Shown: positions 28,958 to 40,015, counted from the first letter of the stretch. The stretch is DNA of 64,000 nucleotides from an uncultured virus (IMG/VR IMGVR_UViG_3300029305_006210) (IMGVR_UViG_3300029305_006210:1-64000); one strand, 5' to 3'. Translations and numbers: made by a program. Notes: a model not told the origin generated them from the letters alone.

Positions 28958-31900
28958 CTATTTCACCTCGCTCCATTGCTTTAATATGGTTTCATATTCA
29001 TCAATCTGTTCAAATCCACCACCAGCTTTTTTCTTCCATTTCCTTTCTTTGCTTGCCTCTACTGTTTTAATAACTTGTCCAATTTCTAGCGGATGTCCTT
29101 CAAATGTAGCACTCTTAACCTTGACTCTCTCAATTTCACCTGAGTTAAGTCTGTATAATGTTACTAAGCGATTTCGGAATTTGCTATTCACATCCATAAC
29201 ATAAGCAAAATCAGGAGTAAGTTTAGGAACGGTAATTCCGATATATCCTAAGTGCTCATTTTCATATTTAATTCTGTCACATATTGAGGTTTTAATATTT
29301 TGACTGTTATCAAGCTGCCTAATCATTTCCATTGTATCTTCAATCTTATACAACTTCTCAGTTTCTGTATGCTCACACATCATGAGTGCGGCAATTTCTT
29401 CAGTTGTTAATTCCTCTTTTTTTAGCTGTTTTCGAGAAGAATACTTATTGAAAAGATCAGTTTGATAAAGCAATTGATTTGGATTTCCAAATTCAGAAAA
29501 GAAATTTAATTTAATAAGAATTTCAAGTTGTCTAGAATCGACTGATGTTTCAGTATTAATAACATTAAGCAAATCATAAAAGTCAACAAATTCACGATCT
29601 CTTAATTCATATAACTGACGTGATATTTTTTTATTAAGATATTTAATAGACTTCATGCCTTTATATACCGATTTGGTTTCTTTACTATAAGCATATTCCG
29701 GCAATGAATATCTAAATTTAATTGATTCAATTTTTATCCCTTGTTGCTTTGCATATTCTGTAATTTTAAGAGTTTTATCTTCTTTATCTTCAAATATGTT
29801 AAGCGCAGTAGTGATAAATTCATATGGATAATGATATCTAAGATATCCACAAATATAACCTATCCAACTATAAGGATCAGAGTGGTTAAGTGAGAAAAGA
29901 TAATCGCTGGCATCTTCAATAACTTGTAGAAAATCAATAATAATTCGGTCAGCTTCTTCCTGATCAACACCATATTTATCTTTCATCGTTTTTATGAAGC
30001 CGGCTTTAATAAGAGGTATATCCTTTTCAGTTCCAGTCTTCTTAGCAAAATGACGACGAACAATATCAGCTTGACCCATTGTATAACCACAGAACATATG
30101 TAAAAATTGAATGATCTGTTCTTGGAAAACCATAAATCCTAAAGTCGAAGCCATCATTTCATTTAAAGCTTTATGACCGCAATCATTAAATTCACCTCTA
30201 GCCAGTTCTTCTCTATACGATGCTCCCGCCGGTCTAATTGCACCATTACCAATTGAAAGAAGATCCATATAAGAAAAGTCGCGATTTTGTGCTCTGATTT
30301 TCTTTACGACTTCATCTGATAACAGTTTTTTTAGATATGCTGCAGCAGATTCTGACTCCCATTGAAAAATACAAGTAGTATTATCACGAATACTTTTAAA
30401 CACTTCTTCTTCTAATGGTGTGTTATTTGGCGTTAATCGTTCAATGCCAATCATCTCGCAAGTCTTATTGATAAGACCAATATTATCTAACCCTAAAATA
30501 TCAAGTTTTACAAAATTTAAAGAATCAATCTCTTTCATATTAAGTTGTGATATAGGATATTTATTAGTAGATGTTGTAAATGTTCCAAACCAATCTTCAA
30601 CTGAATATGGTGCTACAACTACGCCTGCCGGATGGTTTCCTACTGAAACAATTACATCCTGAACAATATCAACATATTTAAATACTTCAGGATATTCTAT
30701 TCTTGCTTTATTTTCATCAACCTCAGCAACCCCAATAATCTCCTCGGCTATATGGATATATTCAGTTGGCTTCTCTTCTTTATACAGACCTCTACATATA
30801 TCACGTATTGCACCTTTTAATTTAATCGTATTAAACGTGATAATATCGCAACAATATAACCCTCTTTTCTTATAAAGATAATTCTTAACCACTTCTCTAT
30901 CTGGTGAATACCAATCGCTATCAACGTCTGCAAGAGAGATTCTTTCTTGGTTCATAAAACGTTGGAAGTTTAAATTGTGTTTAATACTATCAACTTCTGT
31001 TATACCAAACAGATATGCAATAATACTGCCCGAAACAGATCCTCTTGAATAACCTGGATAAATCCCCTTTTTTCGCATTGCTGCTTTGTAATCTTCCTCA
31101 AGAAGCATAAAGTCAATTGCTCCATTATGTTTATAGGTTGCAATTTCTTCTTTGATACGCTCTAAGTATTCTTGTTTATTTGGAAGTTTATCAATGCCTC
31201 GCCATTTAATACCCTCGACTATTTTTTTATGAAAAACTCTTTCAGAGTCATCATATAGCTTAGGATATTTAGTGCTGGTATCAATTGTGAATTCTTCAAC
31301 CATTGAAGCCATTACATTAGTATTTTCTATTGCTTGTAAATAAACTTCAGGCTCAAGAGATTCTTGTTTGCAAAACGCATCAACTAATTCATCATAAGTT
31401 TTAAAGGAAAGATCCCATGCATCTTCATTTGCGAAATGAACATTCTTTCCTCTTTGCAATACTTTTCTAGCTTCTAAATGCTCATCATTGAGTGCATGTG
31501 TATCTGTGCCTGCAATTAAAGGGATTTCAAATTGTTTGCTAAGTTCATACAATTCTTGATTGTATTTAATTTGTTCAGGCTCCATATGATGTTGAATTTC
31601 TAAGAAGCATCTATGTTTATTTTCAATCAGGAATTTAAGAAATTTATTTTTAATTCCAGTATGTCCATTATGTAATATTCCGCCCAAACAAGCTGTTGTT
31701 ATAATAATATTGTCACTTGTATTAACCAGCTCATCTATCGTAATTCTTGGATTATAATAGAAATGTCCATCTTCTCGATTAAATGATTTACTTGAAAGCA
31801 TATTAATCTCTTTAAAGCCTTCATAGTTTTTTGCTATTAAAACACAATGGTAATTATCTCTAACTTTTTCTGTTATTGAATTAGTAACATAAGCTTCTAT

Positions 31901-32107
31901 TGCATGAATATATTTCATACCAGCCTTTTCAATATCTTGCTTCTTATGCCACCATTCGAATACCGATCCATGTTCACTAAATGCAAGCGCGGTCATACCG
32001 CATTCTTTAGCTTTTGCAATATATTGTTTATACTTAGTTACACTATCAATATTAGTTACGCCAGAAGATAAATCTGAATGAAGATGAAATATTGTATAAT
32101 TCAACAT
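28958..32107 (-). CDS. dnaE: DNA polymerase III alpha subunit
   Basis: PHP domain (HLHS, EHG, TDTH), RGS..GS, ADVDSD, HPAG, KLDILGL. Confidence 0.95.
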   Translation of the reverse strand: MLNYTIFHLHSDLSSGVTNIDSVTKYKQYIAKAKECGMTALAFSEHGSVFEWWHKKQDIEKAGMKYIHAIEAYVTNSITEKVRDNYHCVLIAKNYEGFKEINMLSSKSFNREDGHFYYNPRITIDELVNTSDNIIITTACLGGILHNGHTGIKNKFLKFLIENKHRCFLEIQHHMEPEQIKYNQELYELSKQFEIPLIAGTDTHALNDEHLEARKVLQRGKNVHFANEDAWDLSFKTYDELVDAFCKQESLEPEVYLQAIENTNVMASMVEEFTIDTSTKYPKLYDDSERVFHKKIVEGIKWRGIDKLPNKQEYLERIKEEIATYKHNGAIDFMLLEEDYKAAMRKKGIYPGYSRGSVSGSIIAYLFGITEVDSIKHNLNFQRFMNQERISLADVDSDWYSPDREVVKNYLYKKRGLYCCDIITFNTIKLKGAIRDICRGLYKEEKPTEYIHIAEEIIGVAEVDENKARIEYPEVFKYVDIVQDVIVSVGNHPAGVVVAPYSVEDWFGTFTTSTNKYPISQLNMKEIDSLNFVKLDILGLDNIGLINKTCEMIGIERLTPNNTPLEEEVFKSIRDNTTCIFQWESESAAAYLKKLLSDEVVKKIRAQNRDFSYMDLLSIGNGAIRPAGASYREELARGEFNDCGHKALNEMMASTLGFMVFQEQIIQFLHMFCGYTMGQADIVRRHFAKKTGTEKDIPLIKAGFIKTMKDKYGVDQEEADRIIIDFLQVIEDASDYLFSLNHSDPYSWIGYICGYLRYHYPYEFITTALNIFEDKEDKTLKITEYAKQQGIKIESIKFRYSLPEYAYSKETKSVYKGMKSIKYLNKKISRQLYELRDREFVDFYDLLNVINTETSVDSRQLEILIKLNFFSEFGNPNQLLYQTDLFNKYSSRKQLKKEELTTEEIAALMMCEHTETEKLYKIEDTMEMIRQLDNSQNIKTSICDRIKYENEHLGYIGITVPKLTPDFAYVMDVNSKFRNRLVTLYRLNSGEIERVKVKSATFEGHPLEIGQVIKTVEASKERKWKKKAGGGFEQIDEYETILKQWSEVK

Positions 32108-33219
32108 TACAGAAAATCCTCCAAAGATCTTTGCTCTGCGAGTTTATCTTCATTAAATTTCAACAAATGTTTACATGTTTTCCTATGATTGCATAAAAAA
32201 TTACAGAAGAATGTATCTTCTTTTTTACCAAAACGTGTTTCTTTGTAAAAGTTTCTTGGTATCCATTTTCTATCCTGATCATCAATACTTTCAAATAATG
32301 AAATCATGTCATCGATATATTGCCTACATTCCTCGCGCACTTCATCAGTTAATTCATATTTTAGAATACAAGGCTTCATTACATAGCCTGACTTAATTTC
32401 ATCTGGTAAAACATCTAATGAATTTATTTGATGTGCTTGCATCATATACATTTCGATGTCAATTTCATCATAACCTGCATCAATCAAATCATCTCTTATG
32501 TATTTTTCTAATTCACTTACAATTTTTCTACGATTAACCGTTTTAGTAATCTCAGTTTTTTCTTTTGAATTAGATCTTTTTTTACCCATAAAGGTAATAT
32601 TCACATATTTTAAAAATATCCAAGCTAACTCATTAATCTCTATTCCCAATTGCTCCTTTGCCAGAGCATAAATTACGAGCTGTCTACCATGATGGATTAA
32701 ATCTTCACCTGTATACATCGATGATGTTTTCCAGTCTAAAATCGATTGGACTGTTCCATCTTCACTATCATATCTAACTAAATCCGCATAGCCTTGTATG
32801 TAATGATCGTCATCGATTTTATATAATATAAATTCTTCTGTTTTGAAATGCCCTTCAGGTTTTTCAAAATGTTCTACGAAGTGTGTCATATCTGCAATCC
32901 AATTCTGACGTATACTATCTCCGCCTTTAAAATCTTTAGGAAAATGCAAATCTAAAAGATCAAGCTGCTCCAAGTCTTTATTTAATGCTCGCTTTAAATC
33001 TTCTTTACTAGCCATATCGTTCATAATTTCTTCTAATTTATCATGAACACAAGTACCTAAAATTCCATATACACTATCAGCACCTTTTTCTTTTTGTATA
33101 TATGTCAGATATGCTTCATATGGGCAATTTTCTATCGTTGAAAGTTTTGAGAATGAATAGACTTTCTTTTTTGCATCATACAATGCTTTTAATTCTGATG
33201 GTGTCTCTCTCTGTCCTAT
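32107..33219 (-). CDS. PD-(D/E)XK RecB/Cas4-like exonuclease (probable ATA start)
   Basis: SFSKL...CP, G.ADL, DWKT, QL..Y and C-terminal Cys cluster; GGAGGTG precedes in-frame ATA at 33219. Confidence 0.85.
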   Translation of the reverse strand: MGQRETPSELKALYDAKKKVYSFSKLSTIENCPYEAYLTYIQKEKGADSVYGILGTCVHDKLEEIMNDMASKEDLKRALNKDLEQLDLLDLHFPKDFKGGDSIRQNWIADMTHFVEHFEKPEGHFKTEEFILYKIDDDHYIQGYADLVRYDSEDGTVQSILDWKTSSMYTGEDLIHHGRQLVIYALAKEQLGIEINELAWIFLKYVNITFMGKKRSNSKEKTEITKTVNRRKIVSELEKYIRDDLIDAGYDEIDIEMYMMQAHQINSLDVLPDEIKSGYVMKPCILKYELTDEVREECRQYIDDMISLFESIDDQDRKWIPRNFYKETRFGKKEDTFFCNFLCNHRKTCKHLLKFNEDKLAEQRSLEDFL

Positions 33220-33232
33220 CTTCTCACCTCCC

Positions 33233-34258
33233 TTAACTCAACCATTTAACTTTATTTGTCATAAGCTCTCTTAAAGCTTTAACCCCTAAATCTGTAGGAG
33301 ATGCTTTGCTTCCTTTTGGTAATATTTCATTATTTTCATCATAAATATATCCGACTCTATTTTTAAACAAAGGATTATGTATTTTTAATTTCTTTGCTGA
33401 CTCAATAATCATGTCTTCTTTCAGACCTTCATCAAAGCCTACAATTAAATTTTCAACCATTAATGCCTTTGCATATCGAGCCTGTGTATCTGAAATAGAA
33501 TTTTTACATGTAGCAAGACCAAAATTATATCCCATAGAATCCATTTGCATTACCGATTTTTCAGATTCTAATATTAGACATGTTCGTTTTTGCTGTATAG
33601 CTGCATAATTCATATGATAACCATACAGAGTCAAACTTCTTGGGCAAGGAATTATAGGAAGCCAGCGTAATTCATCTGGGCAATTTCGGCTATTTAATCT
33701 TCCCATAATTCCAACAAGCTCGCCATTCATATTCCATTGAGGAATTGTTATTCGCAAACTTTCTAAGTCATAACCTATTTGAAATTTCTTCTGAGTATTA
33801 TAGTTGATGCCATCTCTTAAAAACATTAAGTTATACTTGCCACTATAAGGGTCTAATATTGACTCATCATAAGTTATAATACTTAATTCTGGCTCACTAT
33901 TTTCTTTTAAAATATCTTTATAATATCCACCAAATGGTAATTTTATGGAAGTAGTAAATTGAGACTTCTCCAATTTTAAGGCCTGAGCAACCCATGAAAG
34001 CGCCTGTGGAAAGCTTAAATTCAACTTTTCCATGATTAAAGAGTAAATTGACCCTTTCTGGCCCGTAGAGAAGCAATTATAATACAGTGTATTTGTATCT
34101 ATTTTAACTGACGATGGATTTCTACCTTCTTCTCTAGCACATCGAACTTCATGCCTCATTTTATTGTAAGTAATCTCAGTAAGTTCTAAACTCTCCAATA
34201 AGGAGATGATAGCGTCCACGTTACCTGCTAAATGTTCATTTAATTTTATTACGTTTAT
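33233..34258 (-). CDS. DNA primase (probable ATA start)
   Basis: Zn-domain remnant, GIMGR, LYG, ESEKS and FDE Toprim-like motifs; next to the helicase; GGAGG precedes in-frame ATA at 34258. Confidence 0.8.
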   Translation of the reverse strand: MNVIKLNEHLAGNVDAIISLLESLELTEITYNKMRHEVRCAREEGRNPSSVKIDTNTLYYNCFSTGQKGSIYSLIMEKLNLSFPQALSWVAQALKLEKSQFTTSIKLPFGGYYKDILKENSEPELSIITYDESILDPYSGKYNLMFLRDGINYNTQKKFQIGYDLESLRITIPQWNMNGELVGIMGRLNSRNCPDELRWLPIIPCPRSLTLYGYHMNYAAIQQKRTCLILESEKSVMQMDSMGYNFGLATCKNSISDTQARYAKALMVENLIVGFDEGLKEDMIIESAKKLKIHNPLFKNRVGYIYDENNEILPKGSKASPTDLGVKALRELMTNKVKWLS

Positions 34259-34275
34259 CGCTATCCCTCCTTCCC

Positions 34276-35733
34276 TTATCTACCAAAGCCGTCAAAAGTA
34301 ATTTCTGTAAAACCGATTTCATACATTGTATTAAATGACATATTTCGTTCATATACAATTTGTGGTCCAATATCTCCAAATCTATTTTTAGGTGTAAATA
34401 AAATAATATAATCTTTATCAGGATCTAATTTCTTTTCTACACGTTCGTTTAAATATTTACCATTTTCATCTTTTTTTCTTTCATATACAAAAAGTTTTCC
34501 TTCTTTTTCTTCTCGTGTCATACTTCTGAACATTACTACTTGAGTAGCTGTTTCAGCAATCGCTCTTGACTTTCCAACACAAGATAAATCAAGAAATCTT
34601 CTTGACATTGATTCAGATGATAACTGAGCTGTCGCCACTATAGCGACATCTTCACGCTTAGCAAGCATAAAAAGCTCTTTGGCAACTTCACTGAATTCCG
34701 CCCATGCCCTGTCACTTGATTCTACGGCTGGCTTTAAAGTATCAAATATGAATAATCCATAATTTAACTTACTATATTTTTTAACGATTTTTTTAACCGT
34801 TCCTATTGAATAATCTGCGGTTTCTATGTAATTAATCTTACCTTTACATTGTTTTAACCACTCTATTCCCTCATACATAGCTTGTCTATCTTCTTCGGTG
34901 AAATCACCATTAATAAATTTCTGACGATTCATTTTTCTATATTTAATTTTATTAAATACTACTGAAGCCAAAATCATTTGTCTAAATTCAGACGCATCTT
35001 GCTCATTTGCAATTATGCAAACATTTTCACCTGATTCAATAGCCGGTAATATGTAAAATAAAATTGATGAAGTAGTTTTACCATTACCTATATGGGCTAG
35101 ATGTAATAAAAGATTTTTCTTATGAACTCCGGCTAAACGGTAATTTAACATACCATAGCCAATACGAAATCCTTTCATAACACCTTTATCCCATTCGTCA
35201 ATATAATGATCATAACCTTCTGAAAGGCTTTCAGCTTTTAATTTTTCTACTTTACCAACACATGTATTGTTCAGCTTGAAATCGTAGTAATTATAAACAT
35301 CTTCAGATGTCATCTGCTTAAATTTTTCTATATCTTTTAATACACTGAATCCGTCAAGATGTAGATTTATAAGCATATTGTTCTTGATTAATTCATCATG
35401 ATAAGACTCAAGATTATCTGGTTTAATCAATGATACAATTTCATTTATAGTTGCATGTCCGCCACGTTTTTCATATCCTTTTCTTAATACATCTTTATCT
35501 GAAAGGAATGTATGTAATGTAGCATTATCAAAGGTTTCATAGCCTAACTTCTTGAGTTGAAGCATAATGCCATAATAAAACATTCCATCTTCAGTTATAA
35601 TATCTTTACCATTTTCGACATTTTTATATTCTTCTATGGCAGATGGTTCTTGCCATAAAGAAAAAATATAATTACATTCAAGCTGCTCTCTGTTACCAAT
35701 TATTTCATGAGGAATACTTTTTAAATCTATCAT
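34276..35733 (-). CDS. DnaB-like replicative helicase
   Basis: GNGKT, ANEQ, IFDTL, AQLS and KNRFG motifs. Confidence 0.85.
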   Translation of the reverse strand: MIDLKSIPHEIIGNREQLECNYIFSLWQEPSAIEEYKNVENGKDIITEDGMFYYGIMLQLKKLGYETFDNATLHTFLSDKDVLRKGYEKRGGHATINEIVSLIKPDNLESYHDELIKNNMLINLHLDGFSVLKDIEKFKQMTSEDVYNYYDFKLNNTCVGKVEKLKAESLSEGYDHYIDEWDKGVMKGFRIGYGMLNYRLAGVHKKNLLLHLAHIGNGKTTSSILFYILPAIESGENVCIIANEQDASEFRQMILASVVFNKIKYRKMNRQKFINGDFTEEDRQAMYEGIEWLKQCKGKINYIETADYSIGTVKKIVKKYSKLNYGLFIFDTLKPAVESSDRAWAEFSEVAKELFMLAKREDVAIVATAQLSSESMSRRFLDLSCVGKSRAIAETATQVVMFRSMTREEKEGKLFVYERKKDENGKYLNERVEKKLDPDKDYIILFTPKNRFGDIGPQIVYERNMSFNTMYEIGFTEITFDGFGR

Positions 35734-36290
35734 AATAATTCTTCCTCACTTAAGAATTTTGAAATATCGGTATTCTTTTGATTTTGAGAAATGTTAGTTT
35801 CTGAATTTAACGCTTTAACAGTTAATGTTTCTTGCAATGTATCTTTTGAGATCTTTTCTCTTGTATATTGCTGTATCTTTTTCTTTGCATCAAATTCCTT
35901 TTTCACTTCATATGCATGTGATTTTATTATGGCAAAAATATATTTACATTTAGCATTAGAGTCCTTAAATTCTTTATTGCTTATAGCATATATAATATTT
36001 TCATAATATCTTTTTACAGTTTCTAAGATCACAGAATATGAATACCCTTGTAGTTTTTTTAAGTTATATGGCGTAAGTGAGCTATATTCTAAAGAAGGAT
36101 CATATCCGAGAAAATCTTCATCAATAATTGCTTTAACCTTATTGTATGCATCTACCTCGGCCCGATACTCTTTATAAATCTCTTCTGATTTAAAATACCC
36201 TTCAGTTTCACTACGGTAAAACTCATCCATATATCCTTGTTCGCCTGTTGCCTTACATTTTGTTAGCCTATGTGGTATTTTTCTTGCCAT
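35730..36290 (-). CDS. hypothetical replication protein (possible helicase loader)
   Basis: Directly upstream of the helicase; KYIFAII DnaD-like motif. Confidence 0.45.
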   Translation of the reverse strand: MARKIPHRLTKCKATGEQGYMDEFYRSETEGYFKSEEIYKEYRAEVDAYNKVKAIIDEDFLGYDPSLEYSSLTPYNLKKLQGYSYSVILETVKRYYENIIYAISNKEFKDSNAKCKYIFAIIKSHAYEVKKEFDAKKKIQQYTREKISKDTLQETLTVKALNSETNISQNQKNTDISKFLSEEELL

Positions 36291-36321
36291 ACGCCCCTTT
36301 CTATAGAAGGGAGGATTTCTC

Positions 36322-37419
36322 CTACCCTTCTATTAACTTAATAATGTCAATTAAAACTTCGATTGGCATGTTTTCATCTTTAATATTCTTACATCCGGTT
36401 GATAAAACTTTTGCCTTAAAAGCATCTTTTATTTTTTCATCCGCAGTTAAAAGCTTTGATGTTATTGTTTCTATATAGCTTTCACGTTTTGATTCAAGTT
36501 CTTCCATAGCTTTTGCTTCAGCTTCTTTTCTCTTAGCAATTTCTGCTTTCTTTAATGCAGCTTCAGCTTCACTCTTTTTCATGTCATCAAGAGACTGTCC
36601 TGGATTTTTTATTGAAGCCTTAACTGCTGATTCAAAAGCATCCATAAAAGCTTTTGGTGATAATTCAATCTTTTCTGGTAAACCACCAGTAAATCTACTG
36701 CCCGCATCTACTTCAGAAGTACCACGCAGATATACAGATCTTCTTTCATCAATTACCTTGCCATTAACGATATCTCTTTCAATAAGACCAACCATTACCA
36801 TTTGAGCTGCATCTGCAATTTTAGTGTAGATGTTACCCTGTAAATTGTTAGTAATTTGTTCATATTTTTCACCAGATTTAAGATCGGTTTTTTCCTTATT
36901 CTTTACATGGCATAGATAAAATACTGCAAGACCGGCATCTCTTAAGCGTTCTTCCTGTTCCCTAATAAGTTTAACAAGTCTCTCAACGCCTCTTGTAAAT
37001 CCTCCAAAAGCATCGTTTAGAGATTTACATATAACACCTTTTTCAATACGATGCTGTCTAAGAACTTCTTCCGTACCTACATCGACCATAGTGTCTAAAG
37101 TATCAAAACAGATACCTTTTAAGCCATACTCACTATTATTTTCAATAATATCATCTACAATCTGAACAAATCCTCTTAAATCAGTTTCTTCATCATATGG
37201 CGCGTTCCATTTTTTAGCAACTTCAACCTGAATACCATCTAAAGAATGATACCCTTCTTCATTACCAAACGAAACAAGCAGACCTTTATCATCGCTACCC
37301 CATACTTCTCTTACCAGATCGTACCAAAACGTTGTCTTACCAAACTTTCTTTCTGCAAGGAAAATATACGGCGGATAACTACATAAATCCGCCTTGACCT
37401 TATTAATTTTAAATCCCAA
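36322..37419 (-). CDS. AAA_24 / Sak4-like ATPase
   Basis: KFGKTT, FDTLD, AFGGF and H...K motifs. Confidence 0.75.
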   Translation of the reverse strand: MGFKINKVKADLCSYPPYIFLAERKFGKTTFWYDLVREVWGSDDKGLLVSFGNEEGYHSLDGIQVEVAKKWNAPYDEETDLRGFVQIVDDIIENNSEYGLKGICFDTLDTMVDVGTEEVLRQHRIEKGVICKSLNDAFGGFTRGVERLVKLIREQEERLRDAGLAVFYLCHVKNKEKTDLKSGEKYEQITNNLQGNIYTKIADAAQMVMVGLIERDIVNGKVIDERRSVYLRGTSEVDAGSRFTGGLPEKIELSPKAFMDAFESAVKASIKNPGQSLDDMKKSEAEAALKKAEIAKRKEAEAKAMEELESKRESYIETITSKLLTADEKIKDAFKAKVLSTGCKNIKDENMPIEVLIDIIKLIEG

Positions 37420-37443
37420 TTATTATCTAATCCCTTTCTATTA

Positions 37444-38502
37444 TTAACCAAGTAAATCTTCTAATGCTGAATCAATATCACTTACTGAAGAACTTTCTAC
37501 AGCTGCTTCAATATCCTTCATTGTTTCTTTTGCAACCGGCTGACTTGCTAATTCGTTTTCAACATCGGCTAATGAATAACCAGAATCAATTGGTCCATTT
37601 GCAAAATCTCCAAATAACTCATGTCTAATCAGTCTAATTTCATAAATATTTTCGCCAAATGCCTGTCTATTAAAATCATCAATAGTAGCCTGTCCATATG
37701 CAATCTGCTCTTTCTGAGCGTCAGTCAGCATACTTTCATCAAATTCTACAGTTTCAGCTCCACGAATAATCTTGCATCCCCAAGGAATATGAATCATTTC
37801 ACTATTTTTTACATTAACCTTAGATGCCATCATTTTCGCAAAGGCAATATTCTTTTCTTCGCCAGTTGCAATAGCTTTACTTACATCAAGAACAACTTTC
37901 TGAGGAAAGAATTTTTCTCCAAGATCTCTATTGATATACTGCTTCGTATATGCATTAAGAATGATTCTATGTGTTTTATCAAAATCTGTTGCATCAACAC
38001 AATCCTTGTTATAGAAAAGATCCATCTTAACTTCTAATGAATTTTTTACAGCAGTGCTTGCTCTTACAGTATCAACTTCATAATGATCATAATATTGTCC
38101 CTTATAAGGAGTCTTAGTAAATCTTCCGCTACATTCTACCTTACCTTCATATTCCGGAAGAACCTTAGCAAGATACTTTACGAAATCATACTGCGCTAAA
38201 AATTCTTTTTCTTCACCATCTAAATCAACTATGTACTTTCTGTATCTTGGCGCTTCTGCAACAACATCTTCATCAAATCTATTAGCCCAAGGAATTTCAT
38301 CTGAACCAATCTTGATTGTGTCATAAACACTGCCAAAACATTCTACAAAGCAAGAATTAAACTTACTTTCTTTTACGCCAAAGTTGATACTGGCCATATC
38401 AATGTTTTTATTCTTTCCTCCTTTCATTTCCTTAAAAAATCTTTCTGCATTTTTAGGGATAATTAAATCCCCTGTGAATGTAAATCTACTTGTGTACGCC
38501 AA
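37444..38502 (-). CDS. putative ssDNA-binding protein
   Basis: Position next to the Sak4-like gene, beta-rich, acidic tail; AAGGAG before TTG at 38502. Confidence 0.5.
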   Translation of the reverse strand: MAYTSRFTFTGDLIIPKNAERFFKEMKGGKNKNIDMASINFGVKESKFNSCFVECFGSVYDTIKIGSDEIPWANRFDEDVVAEAPRYRKYIVDLDGEEKEFLAQYDFVKYLAKVLPEYEGKVECSGRFTKTPYKGQYYDHYEVDTVRASTAVKNSLEVKMDLFYNKDCVDATDFDKTHRIILNAYTKQYINRDLGEKFFPQKVVLDVSKAIATGEEKNIAFAKMMASKVNVKNSEMIHIPWGCKIIRGAETVEFDESMLTDAQKEQIAYGQATIDDFNRQAFGENIYEIRLIRHELFGDFANGPIDSGYSLADVENELASQPVAKETMKDIEAAVESSSVSDIDSALEDLLG

Positions 38503-38757
38503 TAAATTTCTCCTTTCATAATTAAATTTAAACAATAAAATATCTATATGAACACTAAAAATGTGATCACAAAATTATCAACTTTATTAAACTCATTAAT
38601 ATAAAATGAAAATATAACGAAATGTTATTTAGAATTAGCGATTGCCCATACAGCACATCGCTCTTTTTTAGACATATACCAAGCACATTCTGAAGTACAG
38701 TACTTGTCAAGTATTGGACATAGACGTTTAACGTCATTTATTTGAGGTTTTACTGCT

Positions 38758-39273
38758 TTATTTTGCACTCTTTCCAACCTCTTTTACTTTTCTTTTTAAT
38801 TCTTCAAAAGAGATTGGAGTATAATTTGTTCTTTCTACACTTACGCAGCAACTTCTAATACTTACATCTTTATAAGTTGGATCATTATGAACATGGCCAT
38901 AAATATTGAAATACGGGCCCATACCAGGCATAAATTTAGGAGCATGACTTAAAATATAAAAATCATTCCAAAGAATTGGATATTTAATTATATCTTGAAA
39001 ACCAGCTTCTAAATAAATTGATTTACTAACCCTATCATGGTTTCCTAAAATAAGAATCTTGTTACCTTTTAAGGCTCGTCCCCATTTAATAATTTCGTCA
39101 CGATTTCCTAATGCAAAATCTCCACAAACAAAAACTTTATCATCTTTATTCACTACACTATTCCAGTTATCAATTAAAGCTTCATTCATTTCTTTTACAT
39201 TTACAAAAGGCCGATCACAATATTCAATAATTCGTTCATGACCAAAGTGCTGATCAGCTGTAAAATAAACCAT
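38758..39273 (-). CDS. metallophosphoesterase
   Basis: D.HFGH, GD, GNHD and GHVH motifs. Confidence 0.9.
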   Translation of the reverse strand: MVYFTADQHFGHERIIEYCDRPFVNVKEMNEALIDNWNSVVNKDDKVFVCGDFALGNRDEIIKWGRALKGNKILILGNHDRVSKSIYLEAGFQDIIKYPILWNDFYILSHAPKFMPGMGPYFNIYGHVHNDPTYKDVSIRSCCVSVERTNYTPISFEELKRKVKEVGKSAK

Positions 39274-39275
39274 TT

Positions 39276-39629
39276 CTACTCCTTTATATAATCTCTCTGT
39301 TTTATTATTTGATATAACTCATCTGTAATAGCTATATCATCTTCGTTTAATTCCATATCTTTTATGTATTGATCACATGCAGAAAAACAATCATACATGT
39401 CACCCACTTTAATGCCACCATATTCGTCTTCAGCGAATAAAATAATATGTGACTGGCAAGGTGTTGCTCCAACTTTAAGCATCGATCCTATTGGAAGGGC
39501 AGATCTAGGGAACACCCATGAATAAATAGATGGGTGTTCCTTTTTTAATTGTTCTGCAATCTTCCCATTAGATAAGTATATAATTATTGGAGCATCTGAT
39601 TTCATGATATCTCCACTAATTATCTTCAT
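39276..39629 (-). CDS. degenerate macrodomain-like protein
   Basis: MKIISGDIM....II and IAEQLKKEHP resemble macro domains, but the glycine-rich loops are absent. Confidence 0.35.
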   Translation of the reverse strand: MKIISGDIMKSDAPIIIYLSNGKIAEQLKKEHPSIYSWVFPRSALPIGSMLKVGATPCQSHIILFAEDEYGGIKVGDMYDCFSACDQYIKDMELNEDDIAITDELYQIIKQRDYIKE

Positions 39630-40015
39630 TAGTCTATTTCTTCTTTGCTAAATTCTAATATAATTTCTTCATTTGGAAATTCATAAATTTTTTGTAAATT
39701 ATTAAATCCAAATTCATCATCTTCGTATGGAACCATTATCTCTAAATTTTTAGTTTCATCTTGACAATAAATATCTATGTAAGTTATATCTTTACGCTCC
39801 ATAAGACATTCAAATACTTTAGATTTAAATTTAAAATCCTTATTAAATATAACCACTATAGAGTCATAACTTTCCTCAAAATTTGAGGAGTATAAATCTA
39901 AATTCTTAATATATTTAGCATCTACATAAAATGTTTCAAAATTTTCACATGTAAATTTTATACCTTGAAAATAAGTTTCCGGTATTTTTTCTTGTAACGA
40001 AGTATTTAAATTCAT
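39629..40015 (-). CDS. hypothetical protein
   Basis: 128 aa ORF. Confidence 0.5.
   Translation of the reverse strand: MNLNTSLQEKIPETYFQGIKFTCENFETFYVDAKYIKNLDLYSSNFEESYDSIVVIFNKDFKFKSKVFECLMERKDITYIDIYCQDETKNLEIMVPYEDDEFGFNNLQKIYEFPNEEIILEFSKEEID

Noticed and set aside
20128..35733. Inteins or introns in nrdJ, dnaE or the helicase
   Set aside because: ORFs are continuous and of normal length; I saw no intein splice motifs or homing endonuclease
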